Source: Octopus vulgaris
Taxonomy: Eukaryota
Direction: 5' to 3'
DNA length: 64,000 nucleotides
Assembly (NCBI GenBank): GCA_951406725.2
Contig: OX597836.1
Coordinates: 15,066,001 to 15,130,000, forward strand
The stretch's first letter is position 1; every line of letters begins with the position of its first letter. The notes under the pieces were generated by a model. It worked only from the letters and a program-made list of their open reading frames with translations. It did no database searches and was not told where the DNA came from. Below are positions 13,061 to 25,114 of the stretch, piece by piece. The position numbers were made by a program, and so were the translations under genes.

Positions 13061-13163
13061 CGTTTATAAGATGACGTGCGTTTCTAAAGTAAAACAGCGT
13101 GACTTCTCTCCTGACTGGCAGCAAAAAATTCTTTACGACAAGTCTAAAGCGAAGATATCTTCA
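13061..13163 (-). other. Candidate exon (probably 5' UTR)
   Basis: Non-repetitive, CpG-containing segment with acceptor tcttacttcag| and strong donor ACG|gtaagg. Stops in all three frames if this acceptor is used. Confidence 0.45.
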
Positions 13164-13947
13164 CTGAAGTAAGAGTGTAATGTGTTGCAAGAGGTTACCA
13201 CTGAATAAATGACTAAAGTGCAAAAATTCAGTGAAAGCAAATGAGAAAGAGAGACACACAGACAGACACACAGACAGACATACAGACAAAAGAAAAACAA
13301 AAGAAAATAGAAAGTGGGGTAGAAGGAGAAAGAAAGAAATCAAATAAACCTTTATAAGCTCTGTTGATTATCTAGACTGTTAATTAAGCTTTCAATATTT
13401 CCAAATAACAACTTGATATAAAGGATATGGCTGAATGGATCCATTCTGCACGTTAACAAAACCAAACAGAGATTTCTTTGGATTTCTCTTTCAAAGAGAA
13501 AACTCTACACATAGTTTATTCAATTTGTTTCTCTTACACGCCCTGTTTAACAGGGCTTTAATAAATTATGCTAAGTAAAAATTAATGACTGCAAAATATT
13601 ACATAGTCAAAGTGATAACTCATACATAACTTTCTTTAAGATATTTATACTAACGAGTCTTGCTTGAATTAACAAATATTTCACACAAAAAAGGCAAATA
13701 TTTTGCCCTAATTAGTAAATACATCAAGTCTCTAGCTAATGAATTGGAATGTTGAAAATGGAGTCCAATAATTGTTTCTAAACACCATACAATGTGAAAT
13801 GTCCACCTACTGTAAAAAGGCACAGTTGGTGTTACTGTTTAGCCTTGGGTCAACCTGACCAACCCAAGCAGATATTTGATCAAAAGTACTCCAGTTAGGG
13901 CCAACCTGTCTTGTAGAACTGTGTTACTTAATGTGATGTTTACTTAT

Positions 13948-14800
13948 TTAACCCTTTCGTTACCAACCTGGCTAAAACCGGCTCTGGCTCTGTAGTACAA
14001 ATGTCTTGTTTTCATAAGTTTTGAATTAAAATCTTCCACTAAACCTTAGTCATAATTTATGTTCTTAACAGGCACAGTTGGTGTTGCTGTTTAGCCTTGG
14101 GTCAACCTGGCCAACCCAAGCAGATATTTGATCAAAAGTACTCCAGTTACGGCCAACCTGTAGAACTGTGTTACTTAATGTGAAATCCGGCCAAAACCGG
14201 CTCTGGCTCTGTAGTACAAATGTCTTGTTTTCATAAGTTTTTAATTAAAATCTTCTACCAAACCTTACGCACAATTTATATTCCTAACACTAGCTTAATG
14301 ATAACTAAGTTATTTTACTAAATTCTTTGTTATAGTTAAAATGAATTGAAAGAAACACAGAGCATCTCAACAGAAATAAGGTAACAAAACGGTTAAAGAC
14401 ATCATGATATTTTTAACCCTTTTGTTACCAACTCAGCTGAAACCAGCTCTAGCTCTGAGTACAAATGACTTGTTTTCAAAGGTTTTTAATTAAAATCTTC
14501 CACCCAAAATTAGTCACAATTTATATTCCTAACACTAGCTTAATGATAACTAAGTTATTTTACTAAATTCTTTGTTATATTTAAAGTAATTGAAAGAAAC
14601 ACGGAGCATCTCAAAATAAATATGGTAATCATCATCATCATCGTTTAGCGTCCACTTTCCATGCTAGCATGGGTTGGACAGTTCAACTGGGGTCTGTGAA
14701 GCCAGAAGGCTGCACCAGGCCCAGTCTGATCTAGCAGTGTTTCTACAGCTGGATGCCCTTCCTAACGCCAACCACTCTGTGAGTGTAGTGAAAAGGTTAA
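13948..14800. mobile_element. piggyBac-type MITE cluster (TTAA-CCCTTT...AAAGGG-TTAA), with local duplication and a family B insertion
   Basis: TTAACCCTTTCGTTACC termini, ~235 bp unit; same element as 32633, 49068 and 58465. Confidence 0.85.
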
Positions 14801-15493
14801 AAATGGTAGGGTGTGATATGAGGGAGATTTGGTTATTATTTTAATGAAGTCAAACAACCATGTAGAGGCTTTCTCATTAGCCTATCCTGTGTAGTGAGGT
14901 TCACCACTGAACTCATCACAGAAACAGCTAAATGAGGGGATCTCTACAACTTGTTAGAAATAGCAGATAAATCTCTCTCATAATCACACTTTGCCACTTC
15001 AGAAAAGTTAAAATCAAATCAGGAACTAAAAAAAGAAGACAACATTATGTAACAGCTGCAATAGGTATCAAGTTTGTTTGAACAAAGCTGACCTAGGATT
15101 GAATAACATCAACAGCCTGTCACAATGCTGAGTTTAACTCCTTCCTTGTCTGGTTTATACCTTGGAAATGGTTGCCACCACCACTACCAAGCTGATTTCA
15201 TCATCATCATCATCATCATCATCGTTTAGCGTCCGCTTTCCATGCTAGCATGGGTTGGATGGTTCGACTGGGGTCTGGGAAGCCAGAAGGCTGCACCAGG
15301 CCCAGTCTGATCTGGCAGTGTTTCTACGGCTGGATGCCCTTCCTAACGCCAACCACTCCGTGAGTGTAGTGGGTGCTTTTTACGTGCCACCCGCACAGGT
15401 GCCAGACGGAGCTGGCAAACGGCCACCAAGCTGATTTGCACTAAGTACACTAATTCGATTTGAGGGAGATATTGCCCTGACACTTCAGAAATT

Positions 15494-15802
15494 GGAGGTG
15501 CAATGGCCCAGTGGTTAGGGCAGCGGGCTCGCGGTCGGAGGATCACGATTTCGATTCCCAGACCGGGCGTTGTGTGTGTTTATTGAGCAAAAACACCTAA
15601 AAGTTCCATGAGGCTCCGGCAGGGGGTGATGGCGACCCCTGTTGTACTCTTTTGCCCCAACTTTCTCTCACTCTTTCTTCCTGTTTCTTGAGTAACGCTG
15701 CAGTGGACTGGCGTCCCGTCCAGCTGGGGGGAAAACATACGCCATAGAAACCGGGAAACCGGGCCCATGAGCCTGGCTAGGCCTGAAAAGGGTGCATAAA
15801 TA
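15494..15802 (+). mobile_element. tRNA-derived SINE family D (Arg-like head)
   Basis: GGAGGTGCAATGGCCCAGTGGTTAGGGCAGCGG..TCGCGGTC..TTTCGATTCCC. 12-bp TSD ACTTCAGAAATT at 15482 and 15803. Confidence 0.88.
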
Positions 15803-16275
15803 ACTTCAGAAATTATCAATTTAAATGCTGGAGCATCCAGGAGAACCAAGGCAAGCTGACTTTTCTGGATTGTCAATGGATAATGTATCATAAAGTTCAT
15901 TCTTGTCATTTGATGGTTTGGTTACAGCTGAATGAACAACTTAGATAAGTGCAGACTCCCTTACTGTCATTTGAAATTCCAGCAGAATTTCAATGAAGTT
16001 TCAGTAAAAATTATGAAACAATGTTAACAACTAATGACTTAAAATTAGCTTATAAAGAGTTCCACTGATGACAGCAATATGAATGTTTAGTTTTCGTGTT
16101 AAGGCATACAACAGCTGTTTTAATAGGCACATTTTCTCAGATCAAAGCAGTAGTTAAGAACTCTAAAAAGAGAAGTCAAGTCAATTATGCTCCAAATTAC
16201 AAATGGTATATAATTATGGTATGTAATTGTATATTAGTATTTTTGTATTTGTTTTTGAATAGTGTGTGTAAAAAA

Positions 16276-16357
16276 CATCCTGATGAGAGAGGTGTCAGTT
16301 TTGATAATATGAAATATATCATATTACTTGGCACATCTCTGAAATGGCCTGTAGATG
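16276..16357 (+). ncRNA. Type I hammerhead ribozyme motif with intact catalytic core
   Basis: CATC-CTGATGA-G-AGAGGTGT..(inner hairpin TAATATGA/TCATATTA)..ACATCTCT-GAAA-TGGCCT-GTA-GATG. Stems I and II are complementary; GUA cleavage triplet. Confidence 0.75.
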
Positions 16358-16624
16358 GAACTCTAAATTTTAAAATTTTTGTGTTATTTTTCAGAGGTTT
16401 TTAATACGTCCTTTTAATGTTTCATCATCCCAAATTTTGAATTATACCAATATTTCATAACTTTTAAAATGTAAATTCACTGTGTTTTGTGTATAACACC
16501 AACTTATATCTATTTATATATATTTTTATATCTTTATATCTGGAATTTATACATCCGTTTTGTAAATGTGGAAGAATATATGAATATATGTATCTATTTG
16601 GTCTTTGAGTGTTGAACTTGATTA

Positions 16625-16661
16625 TGTTTTACGTTTTGAGCAAAGCTCTTCATCAGAAACA
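16625..16661 (-). ncRNA. Minimal hammerhead ribozyme motif (G12A, CpG decay)
   Basis: Reverse complement reads TGTTT-CTGATGA-A-GAGC-TTT-GCTC-AAAAC-GTA-AAACA. Confidence 0.65.
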
Positions 16662-17358
16662 GGAGACGGAGGGAAGTACAAGAGGAAATGAAAATAGAGG
16701 GAAAAAAAATCACCGAACATATATATCTATTATATAGATGTGTGTGTGTGTGTATAGAAAGAGAGAGATGATGCTTGTGTACAAGTATGTGCATGCGTGT
16801 GTTGTATATACATGTGTGTATATATGTATCTATGTATGCATGTATGTATGTATGTGTAAGTATGTATGTATGTGTGTATGTGTGTGTGTATATATGTATA
16901 TATATATATATATATACACACACACATACATACATATTATATATATATATATTTCCATGAGTGTATTTATGTGTCACAAGACTTCACTCATTAACATTTT
17001 TTTTGTTTTTCAAGTAGGAAGCTCTTGTCTATGGTATTGTCTCAGACAAAAGCACAGGAACTGCTAAACCTTGAACATGTCACCTCTGAGTCACTAAGGA
17101 CAAGTATAACAACATCAACAACACCACCTCAACTAAACAAAAATACAAAAGATACAGGAATAAATAAACACATAAAACAAAAGAAAATGTTTTAAAAAAA
17201 GGCAAAAAGGAGTGTGTAGTATGACTAGATTATTTAGCCTCTTCCTCTCACCACTTCCTCTGCTGGATCCAGTTATGTAGGTATAGTTTTAGAAGTTTTC
17301 AGTTCTATGAGGTACAGAGCAATCTCAAAAGTTTTATGGCCCCCAGGGCAAAACAATG

Positions 17359-17972
17359 CACAGGGGCATATATTTATTGGAAGCAAACTTCAGCATGCAT
17401 AGTGTAAGCATAAAGGCCCCTTAAACCCATAGGGCCTGTGGACAACTGCTCAGTGTCTTCCACTTTAGCCTTGGGTCAACCAAAGCCCTGTGAGTGGATT
17501 TGTTAGACAGAAACTGAAAGAAGCCCGTTGACTCATTTCATCATGTGAAACTTAATCCCAACACAGGGGCATATGTTTATTGGAAGCAAACTTCAGCATA
17601 CATAGTTTAAGCATAGAGACCCCCTAAACCCATAGGGCCTGTGGCCAACTGCTCAATGTCTTCCACTTTAGCCTTGGGTCAACCAAAGCCCTTGTGAGTG
17701 GATTTGTTAGACAGAAACTGAAAGAAGCCCGTTGACTCATTTCATCATGTGAAACTTAATCCCAACACAGGAGCATATATTTATTGGAAGCAAACTTCAG
17801 CATGCATAGTGTAAGCATAGAGACCCCCTAAACCCATAGGGCCTGTGGACAACTGCTCAATGTCTTCCACTTTAGCATTGGGTCAACCAAAGCCTTGTGA
17901 GTGGATTTGGTGAACAGAAACTGAAAGAAGCCCGTTGAATCATTTCATCATGTGAAACTTAATCCCAACACA
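17359..17972. repeat. Three tandem units of about 204 bp, chimeric (partial SINE A plus another repeat)
   Basis: CACAGGRGCATAT starts at 17359, 17562 and 17766. The non-SINE half recurs at 18705-18820. Confidence 0.88.
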
Positions 17973-19549
17973 TTTTTTTCTCCCTCTCTCTCCATTTTTT
18001 TTCCTCTCATTCATTTCTGTCAAAGAGCGTAGGCTCAAAATGTCAGATTTTTCCATTCTTCACAAACGTCAAAGTAATACACCTGCTTGTTATTCTCTCA
18101 CCTGTCTTTGTCTTTTGTTTTCTGTACATTTGAACTGTGTGTCTTTGTCCCCCACCCCACCAACTGAAAACTAGTGATAGTGTATGTATACCACCATAAC
18201 TTAGCAGTTTAGTGGCTGTGTGGTAAGTAGCTTGCTTACGAACCACATGGTTCTGGGTTCAGTCCCACTGCGTGGCACCTTGGGCAAATGTCTTCTGCTA
18301 TAGCCTCGGGTCGACCAAAGCCTTGTGAGTGGATTTGGTAGACAGAAACTGAAAGCCCATCGTATATATGTATATATATATATATATATAACTACACTCA
18401 CGGAGTGGTTGGCGTTAGGAAGGGCATCCAGCTGTAGAAACACTGCCAGATAAGATTGGAGCCTGGTGCAGCCTTCTGGCTTCCCAGATCCCCGGTCGAA
18501 CCGTCCAACCCATGCTAGCATGGAGAACGGACGTTAAACGACGATGATGATGATGATGATGTGTATGTTTGTGTGTTGTGTTTTCCCCCCTCCCCCAACA
18601 TCCTTGCTTGACAACCGATGCTGGTGTGTTTATGTCCCCATAACTTAGCGGTTCAACAAAAGAGACTGATAGAATAAGTACTAGGCTTACAAAGAATAAG
18701 TCTTATGGGCCCCTGGGCAAAACAAGACACAGGGGCATATATTTATTGGAAGCAAACTTCAGCATACATAGTTTAAACATAGAGGCCCCCTAAACCCATA
18801 GGGCCTGTGGACAACTGCTCGACTAAAGGTGGTGCTCCAGCATGGTCACAGTCAAATGACTGAAACAAGTAAATGAATAAATGAATGAATAAATGAATCA
18901 GGCTTAAAGAAAAGGAAAATTAAGTGCAAGGGTTGATTCCTTTGACTAAAGCCCTTCAAGGTGGTGCTCCAGCATGGCCACAGTCTAATGATTGAAACAA
19001 GTGAAAACTAAAAGACATAAAAAGGAAAGCATGTGGGAGACCCCGTCTGCGAGACCGTTCCTGTAGTCTTACACATTACATCCGTAATCAGCTTGACTTT
19101 TTTTTTCTCATATATATAATCAGCACAGGTGTGGATGTACAGGTGAGAAGCTTGCTTACTAACCATTTGATCTTGGGTTCAGTCTCACTGCACAACACCT
19201 TGGGGAAACTATATTCTACTAAAGCTATAGGTAACTATATCAAGACTCCTTATCCAATGTGACCTTCCTACACTTTTCTCTGAAAGCAATAGGAAACTGG
19301 GAATTAGCTGCTATGTCTAGTTGCCTCATTTTGTTCGGCTTCTTTAACCCCAAGCTGGCTCTGGCTGGACAGAACTATCATCAAACACATTCCAACCATG
19401 ACAATTGCAAAACATTTTCTTGGAGTACACTAGGCAATATGTCCATTTTTTAAAGGTGGATGGATGTCACTTGAGATATATTTGGTTGGTATTTCTAGCA
19501 GCTGAAGCAACCATATAGAGGTTCCTTAACTTGTCTAGACATCCTTGTG

Positions 19550-19955
19550 TTGTTGGTAGTGGTTTCATGATGGTGATCATGGTGGTGGCAGGGGTGATGG
19601 TGGTGGTGATGGTAGTTGTTTTTGTATTGAGGCTGTTGGTGGTGATTTTGGTGAGGACGATGATAGTGGTTTTGGTGGTGGTGGAGGTGGTGGTGGTAGT
19701 TGTTTTTGTATTGAGGCTGTTGGTGGTAGTGATGGTGGTGGTTTTGGTGAGGACGATGATAGTGGTTTTGGTGGTGGTGGAGGTGGTGGTGGCAATAGTG
19801 GTGGTGGAGGTGGTGATGGTGGTAGTGGTGCTGGTGGTGCTGGCTTCAGTCGTGCTATGGTTTTGATGGTAGTAGCAGTAAGTGTTTTGGTGTTGCTGTT
19901 GTTATTGTCGTTATTGTTGGTGGTGGTGGTCGTGGTGATTGTGGTGGTAGTGATG
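19550..19955. repeat. (GGT)n-rich low-complexity tract with internal duplication
   Basis: Degenerate GGT triplets; GTAGTTGTTTTTGTATTGAGGCTGTTGG occurs twice. Confidence 0.9.
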
Positions 19956-20231
19956 CTGATAAATAACTATATGAAGTAGCTCAAGTGACATCATCCGTTA
20001 GATACACGATGCCTTTTTACAAGTGTTGTTGTTGTCGTTGCTGTTGATGTTGTTTATTGTCACACGAAGTTCAGAAAACTTCTCACAAATGTGTGACTGT
20101 ACAAAAGCAAGGGGTCCCAATTTTTTTTCTGAATCTGTCAACCTTGACACAGATTCACAATGCACTAATACACACGCACGGACACACACACACACACACA
20201 CACACATACATAAATATAAGTGGGGATAATA

Positions 20232-20668
20232 TATTTCTTTACTACCCACAAGGGGCTAAACACAGACAGGACAAACTAGGACAGACAAACGGATTAAGTC
20301 GATTACATCGACCCCAGTGCATAACTGGTACTTATTTCTATTTCTTTACTACCCACAAGGGGCTAAACACAGACAGGACAAACTAGGACAGACAAACGGA
20401 TTAAGTCGATTACATCGACACCAGTGCATAACTGGTACTTATTTCTATTTCTTTACTACCCACAAGGGGCTAAACACAGACAGGACAAACTAGGACAGAC
20501 AAACAGATTAAGTCGATTACATCGACCCCAGTGTGTAACTGGTACTTATTTAATCGACCCCGAAAGGATGAAAGGCAAAGTCGACCTCGGCGGAATTTGA
20601 ACTCAGAACGTAATGGCAGACGAAATACGGCTACGCATTTCGCCCGGAGTGCTAACGATTCTGCCATG
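20232..20668 (-). mobile_element. SINE family C with tandemly repeated 3' module
   Basis: Three repeats of TTTCTTTACTACCCACAAGGGGCTAAACACAGACAGG, then one head. Confidence 0.85.
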
Positions 20669-20676
20669 CGCATATA

Positions 20677-21070
20677 GGCACAGGCATGGCTGTGTGCTAA
20701 GAAGCTTGCTTATCAACCACACGGTTCTGGGTTCAGTCCTACTGTATGGCACCTTGGGCAAGTGCCTTCTGCTATAGCCTCGGGCCGACCAAAGCGTTGT
20801 GAGAGGATTTGGTAGACGGAAACTGAAAGAAGCCCGTCATATATATGTATGTGTGTTTGTGTGTCTGTGTTTGTCCCCCCAACATCGCTTGACAACCGAT
20901 GCTGGTGCGTTTACGCCCCCGCAACTTAGCGGTTTGGCAAAAGAGACCGATAGAATAAGTAGTAGGCTTACAAAGAATAAGTCCTGGGGGTCGATTTCCT
21001 CGACTAAAGGCGGTGCTCCAGCATGGTCGCAGTCAAATGACTGAAACAAGTAAAAGAGAGAGTAAAAGAG
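20677..21070 (+). mobile_element. SINE family A, full length
   Basis: Head, CORE-like motif and tail as at 1335. Confidence 0.9.
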
Positions 21071-21099
21071 TATATATATATATATATGTATTATTATAT

Positions 21100-21338
21100 A
21101 TTATTTTTATCTAGTTTCAGCTCACGAGCTGTGGCCATGCTGGGGCACCGCCATTTGGTGTTGTTACATGATTTTACTTCACGAATGTTTTTTAGCAATT
21201 GCCATTTGGTGCATGAGAGAGTTCGATGCAGCTGCCCTCATCTGCACCTTCTGCCGTGAAGTTGGTTCATCTGGGACACCTGACAAGAAGAGATCCAGTT
21301 TTATTTTAAAGACATCTGCCTCCACCCCATGCAGGTCT

Positions 21339-21340
<2 letters not shown>
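21100..21340 (-). mobile_element. CR1-group LINE 3' end
   Basis: RDLHGVEADVFKIKLDLFLSGVPDEP...AAASNSLMHQ is a typical CR1 ORF2 C-terminus; followed by a short 3' UTR. Confidence 0.8.
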
Positions 21341-21377
<37 letters not shown>

Positions 21378-22010
21378 ATAAGTGAAAATGGATACATTAG
21401 GTGCACAACAATTGTACCATTGATTGCAGCTCAAAATAGTATCCGTGTTAAACTCCCACTGCTGTATAACATACATATACAGAATAATGATATATCTGTG
21501 TATATCTGTGTGTGTGTATGTGTGTGTGTGTTGTGTCTGTGTGTGTCTGTCTGTCAGTGTGTGTATGTGTGCGTGTGTGTTTAAGAGATCTATATTCACA
21601 AAGGAGCATATATTCCAGTTGCTCAAGCGCCAACAACCAAACTCTTGTAACAGATATCAAAGAAGTAGGCAGGCGGCTGGCTGTAGAGTAAATATCTCCA
21701 GCTATCTCTATCTGGAGGTGATGATGTGCCAGGAGAGTTGAAGTGAGAAGAGACAGACACCAGTGTGAAATGAGAGGATGAAGGAGTGAGGTGGCGGGGG
21801 GAGCGGGTGGGAGGGGAGAATAATAGAACAGAGCAACATCTGTTGGCAGATGAGAGAGAGAGGAGGAGGAGGAGGTGGAAGAAGAAGAAGAAGCGACACA
21901 GCAAATGGGAGCAGGGGATGAGGAGGAGGAGGAGAAAAAGTGAAGGAGAAAATCTCAGAGTAAAGAGGAGAGAGTGAGTGAGAGAGAGATGGTGGTGAGA
22001 GAGACAAACG

Positions 22011-22050
<40 letters not shown>

Positions 22051-22276
22051 GGAGGAAGAAGAGAAAGAGGAGGGGAAGAGGTGGGGGAGGAAAAAGAAGC
22101 AATAAGTGTAATTATTTATCTATTTATTTATTTATTTATTTATTTATTTTAAAAACTAAATTAATGAATTACTACGCAAATAAAATAGAACAGCATGAAT
22201 CATGTGTTTTAAAAGGAAATTTGCTGACAATGTCACAGAGAGAGAGAGAGAGAGAGGCAGACAGAAACAGACAGAC

Positions 22277-22307
<31 letters not shown>

Positions 22308-22612
22308 GAGAGAGACAGACCGACAGACAGACAGACAAATAGACAGGAAGCTGAAGTTCACTTGCTGAAAAACTTAACCCTTTAGCATTCAGATAATTCT
22401 CACAAATGTAATCCTTATTTATTCACGTGGCTTTGAGCTAACCATGCATTATCCAGTAAGCTATGAGATCTCAATGATGTGATTGCTTAATTTTATAATT
22501 GTAGGATAAGTATAAGAGGCCTGATCTGGCCAGTTTGAACATAAAACAGGTAGAATCCTTTGGGCTAGATACAGGTGTTTTATGCTACAGGATTAATAAA
22601 AATATAAAGTTT

Positions 22613-22669
<57 letters not shown>

Positions 22670-22676
22670 TATATAT

Positions 22677-22707
<31 letters not shown>

Positions 22708-23458
22708 CATACACACACACACACACACACATATATATATCTATACACACAAACTCACATTTATATGTATATATATTTCAGGATTATATACGAAAACAAT
22801 GGAAAATATAACATAGTTGTATGTATATGTGGCTGTGTGGTAAGTAGCTTGCTTACCAACTACATGGTTCCAGGTTCAGTCCCACTGCATGGCACCTTGG
22901 GCAAGTGTCTTCTACCATAGCCTCGGGCCACCTGAGTAAAAAGGTGATTAACCTAACAGCCAGGGTCATTGTAACTAATACAGAATGCAGAAGGATATCA
23001 CCTTTAAGCAAGTGAGAACAACTTCTCTCCTTCCTCTCCGTCACCGCTACCACTATCACCTTCACCACCACCACCTTTATCTTCACAAACGAGGTCACGA
23101 CTAGTGTGTCATAATGCATAGATACTGGATAGCTTTCGAAACAAGTGACAGCATGGTGACTATTGAAGCAGGGTCACCATAACACTCTTGGAATGCTAGA
23201 TATTGCTTGAAACACAGGGTAGTTCACACCCTAAATAGAAAGTGCAAACAAGGAAGGCTTGGAATCACAGTGAATGTACCTAAATTCAGAATGTCACCAA
23301 GAGCAGTTGTTCTTATAGAAGGAGGATTGGTCCTCAAACAGCTGAGAAAGAAGGCAGACAAATCATCTTGTTTGATATAAGTTGTTTGTTTTAAGCATTT
23401 TTAAAGTTTGTCCAACCCCATGGCAGAGACAGAGGAATTATGCGGATTTATGCGGATA

Positions 23459-23910
23459 TATCATCATCATCATTGTTCAACCGTGGTCGAGACAATGGAA
23501 TTTACCATGCTACGCCAGACTTCATGTTCCATCATGGCATTACGGAGGTCCTGTTGCTGGATGCCTGTATCCCTGGAGATTACATCAGGGTAGGATAGTG
23601 TGCGCCCTCTGATATCGCGAGTAGATGGCTTCCAGAGGAGAAGAGTAGAAATTACTTCTTTTTCAGCTCTACAACAATGTCCAGCAAACTGGACTCTCCT
23701 ACCTTTCACAAGAGATGACACAGGTGGTAGTTTCCCATATATTTGCATTTTGGTTGGATGGCGCCTCCACGAGAGATTTTGAGCTCTCATAAGGAGGCGA
23801 GTGTAGGTTCCATCCAACCGCCTCTCAAGCTTCTTTGATAACGTCCAGGTTTCTGAGCTATATAGTAGAATTGGTTCGAATTGGTTAGACTTGGTTCGAC
23901 TGTGGCTTTA
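23459..23910 (-). mobile_element. RTE-clade LINE 3' end with (GAT)n tail
   Basis: ILLYSSETWTLSKKLERRLDGTYTRLLMRAQNLSW...RRVQFAGHCCR...EVWRSMV, then a stop and TGATGATGAT. Confidence 0.9.
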
Positions 23911-24049
23911 TATATAGGTATGACTATGTGATAAGAAGTTTTCTTCCCAACCATGTGATCTTTGGTAGGTCCACTTGTATGGCATCTCAGGCAAATGTCC
24001 TTTACTATAGCCCTGGGCTTACCTAAAATTTGTGAGTGGATTGGTAGAT

Positions 24050-24293
24050 GGTGTAGTAGTTAAGAGCGAGGGCTACTAACCCCAAGATTCTGAGTTCGAT
24101 TCCAGGTAGTGACCTGAATAATAATAATAATAACAATAATAATACCATTGAAAAAAAATACCTTAAGAATGAGAACCCAGGTTTGAGATTTCCCCCAAGA
24201 CACCTGATGAAGGCTGGAGGGTATACCAGCCGAAATGTTGTGTTAACAACAAACAAGATGAGGACAAATATCCGTCAAATGTAAATAATGTAC
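24050..24293 (+). mobile_element. tRNA-headed short element carrying a hammerhead ribozyme (family E)
   Basis: A box GGTGTAGTAGTTAAGAGCG, anticodon-like arm GGGCTACTAACCC, B box GAGTTCGATTCC (24092-24103), (AAT)n, then a hammerhead at 24199-24244. Nested in a decayed SINE A. Confidence 0.72.
24199..24244 (+). ncRNA. Minimal type I hammerhead ribozyme motif
   Basis: GACAC-CTGATGA-A-GGCTGG-AGGGTATA-CCAGCC-GAAA-T-GTT-GTGTT: perfect 6-bp stem II, 5-bp stem I, intact core. Confidence 0.8.
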
Positions 24294-25114
24294 ACCACCT
24301 CCGACAATCTTCAACTACAACCTTGGGCTGACCAAAGTCTTGTGAGTGGATTTGTTTGATGGAAATTGAAAGAAACCCATCACTGTGTGTGTGTGTAAGT
24401 GTGGATGTGTGTGCATTTGAGCGAGTATGTGTGTGTGTGTGTGTGCATTTGAGCGAGTGTGTGTGTGTTTGTAAGTGTGGATGTGTGTGTGTTTGCATTT
24501 CCTTGCTTTGCTTTAGTTTGATAGCTGTAAGCGAGTGTCACTGTTATACAAGCAGTATCATTCATTTTCATTATTCTGCAAAAACATGTCTGGCCAAGGG
24601 GAAATATTTACTTTGCTTGGAAACAAGAGAGTGTTGATGCAAGGCTGAGCATCTGGCCATAAAACACTCCGCCTCAATAGACTCCATCCAACCCATGCAA
24701 GTATGGAAAAGCGAACATTAAAATGATGGCGATGATGATGATGATGATGATGATGAAGTACCCCAGACTATTTTATCAAATATTCAAAAATAAATAAATA
24801 AATAAATAAATAAATTAGTTGGGTGTGATATTTGGTAAGAACAAGAACTCGCAGACACACAGACAGGGAGTCGTGCAGACACACATACATGCAAATATTT
24901 CAATTATGTTGTGAGAACTGACACCCTGTTGGTTCATAGCTTATGTAAATGTATGGCTGTAGTAAACAAATACATGCAAAGCAACCGCAGTCAATTAAAG
25001 CAATATTCGATCTTGTTTCTAAGCAAACACACATCCCACATGTGTGAAAACATACATGCAGCTCTCCATATCAGACTGCTGCAACACAGAATGTGCACCG
25101 AGTGCTGCATATGC

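Noticed and set aside
18013-18048. CTGTCAAAGAGCGTAGGCTCAAAATGTC, hammerhead-like (also 26505-26545, 30886-31010, 53585-53605, 55305-55360)
   Set aside because: Core too degenerate or truncated to call by eye; probably decayed members of the same families.
19531-19866. Poly-Val membrane-like or poly-Pro ORFs
   Set aside because: (GGT)n low-complexity tract with no splice support.
24050-24117. Possible tRNA gene (also the heads of SINE A and D)
   Set aside because: No acceptor stem or poly-T terminator; continues into repeat body, so a SINE head.
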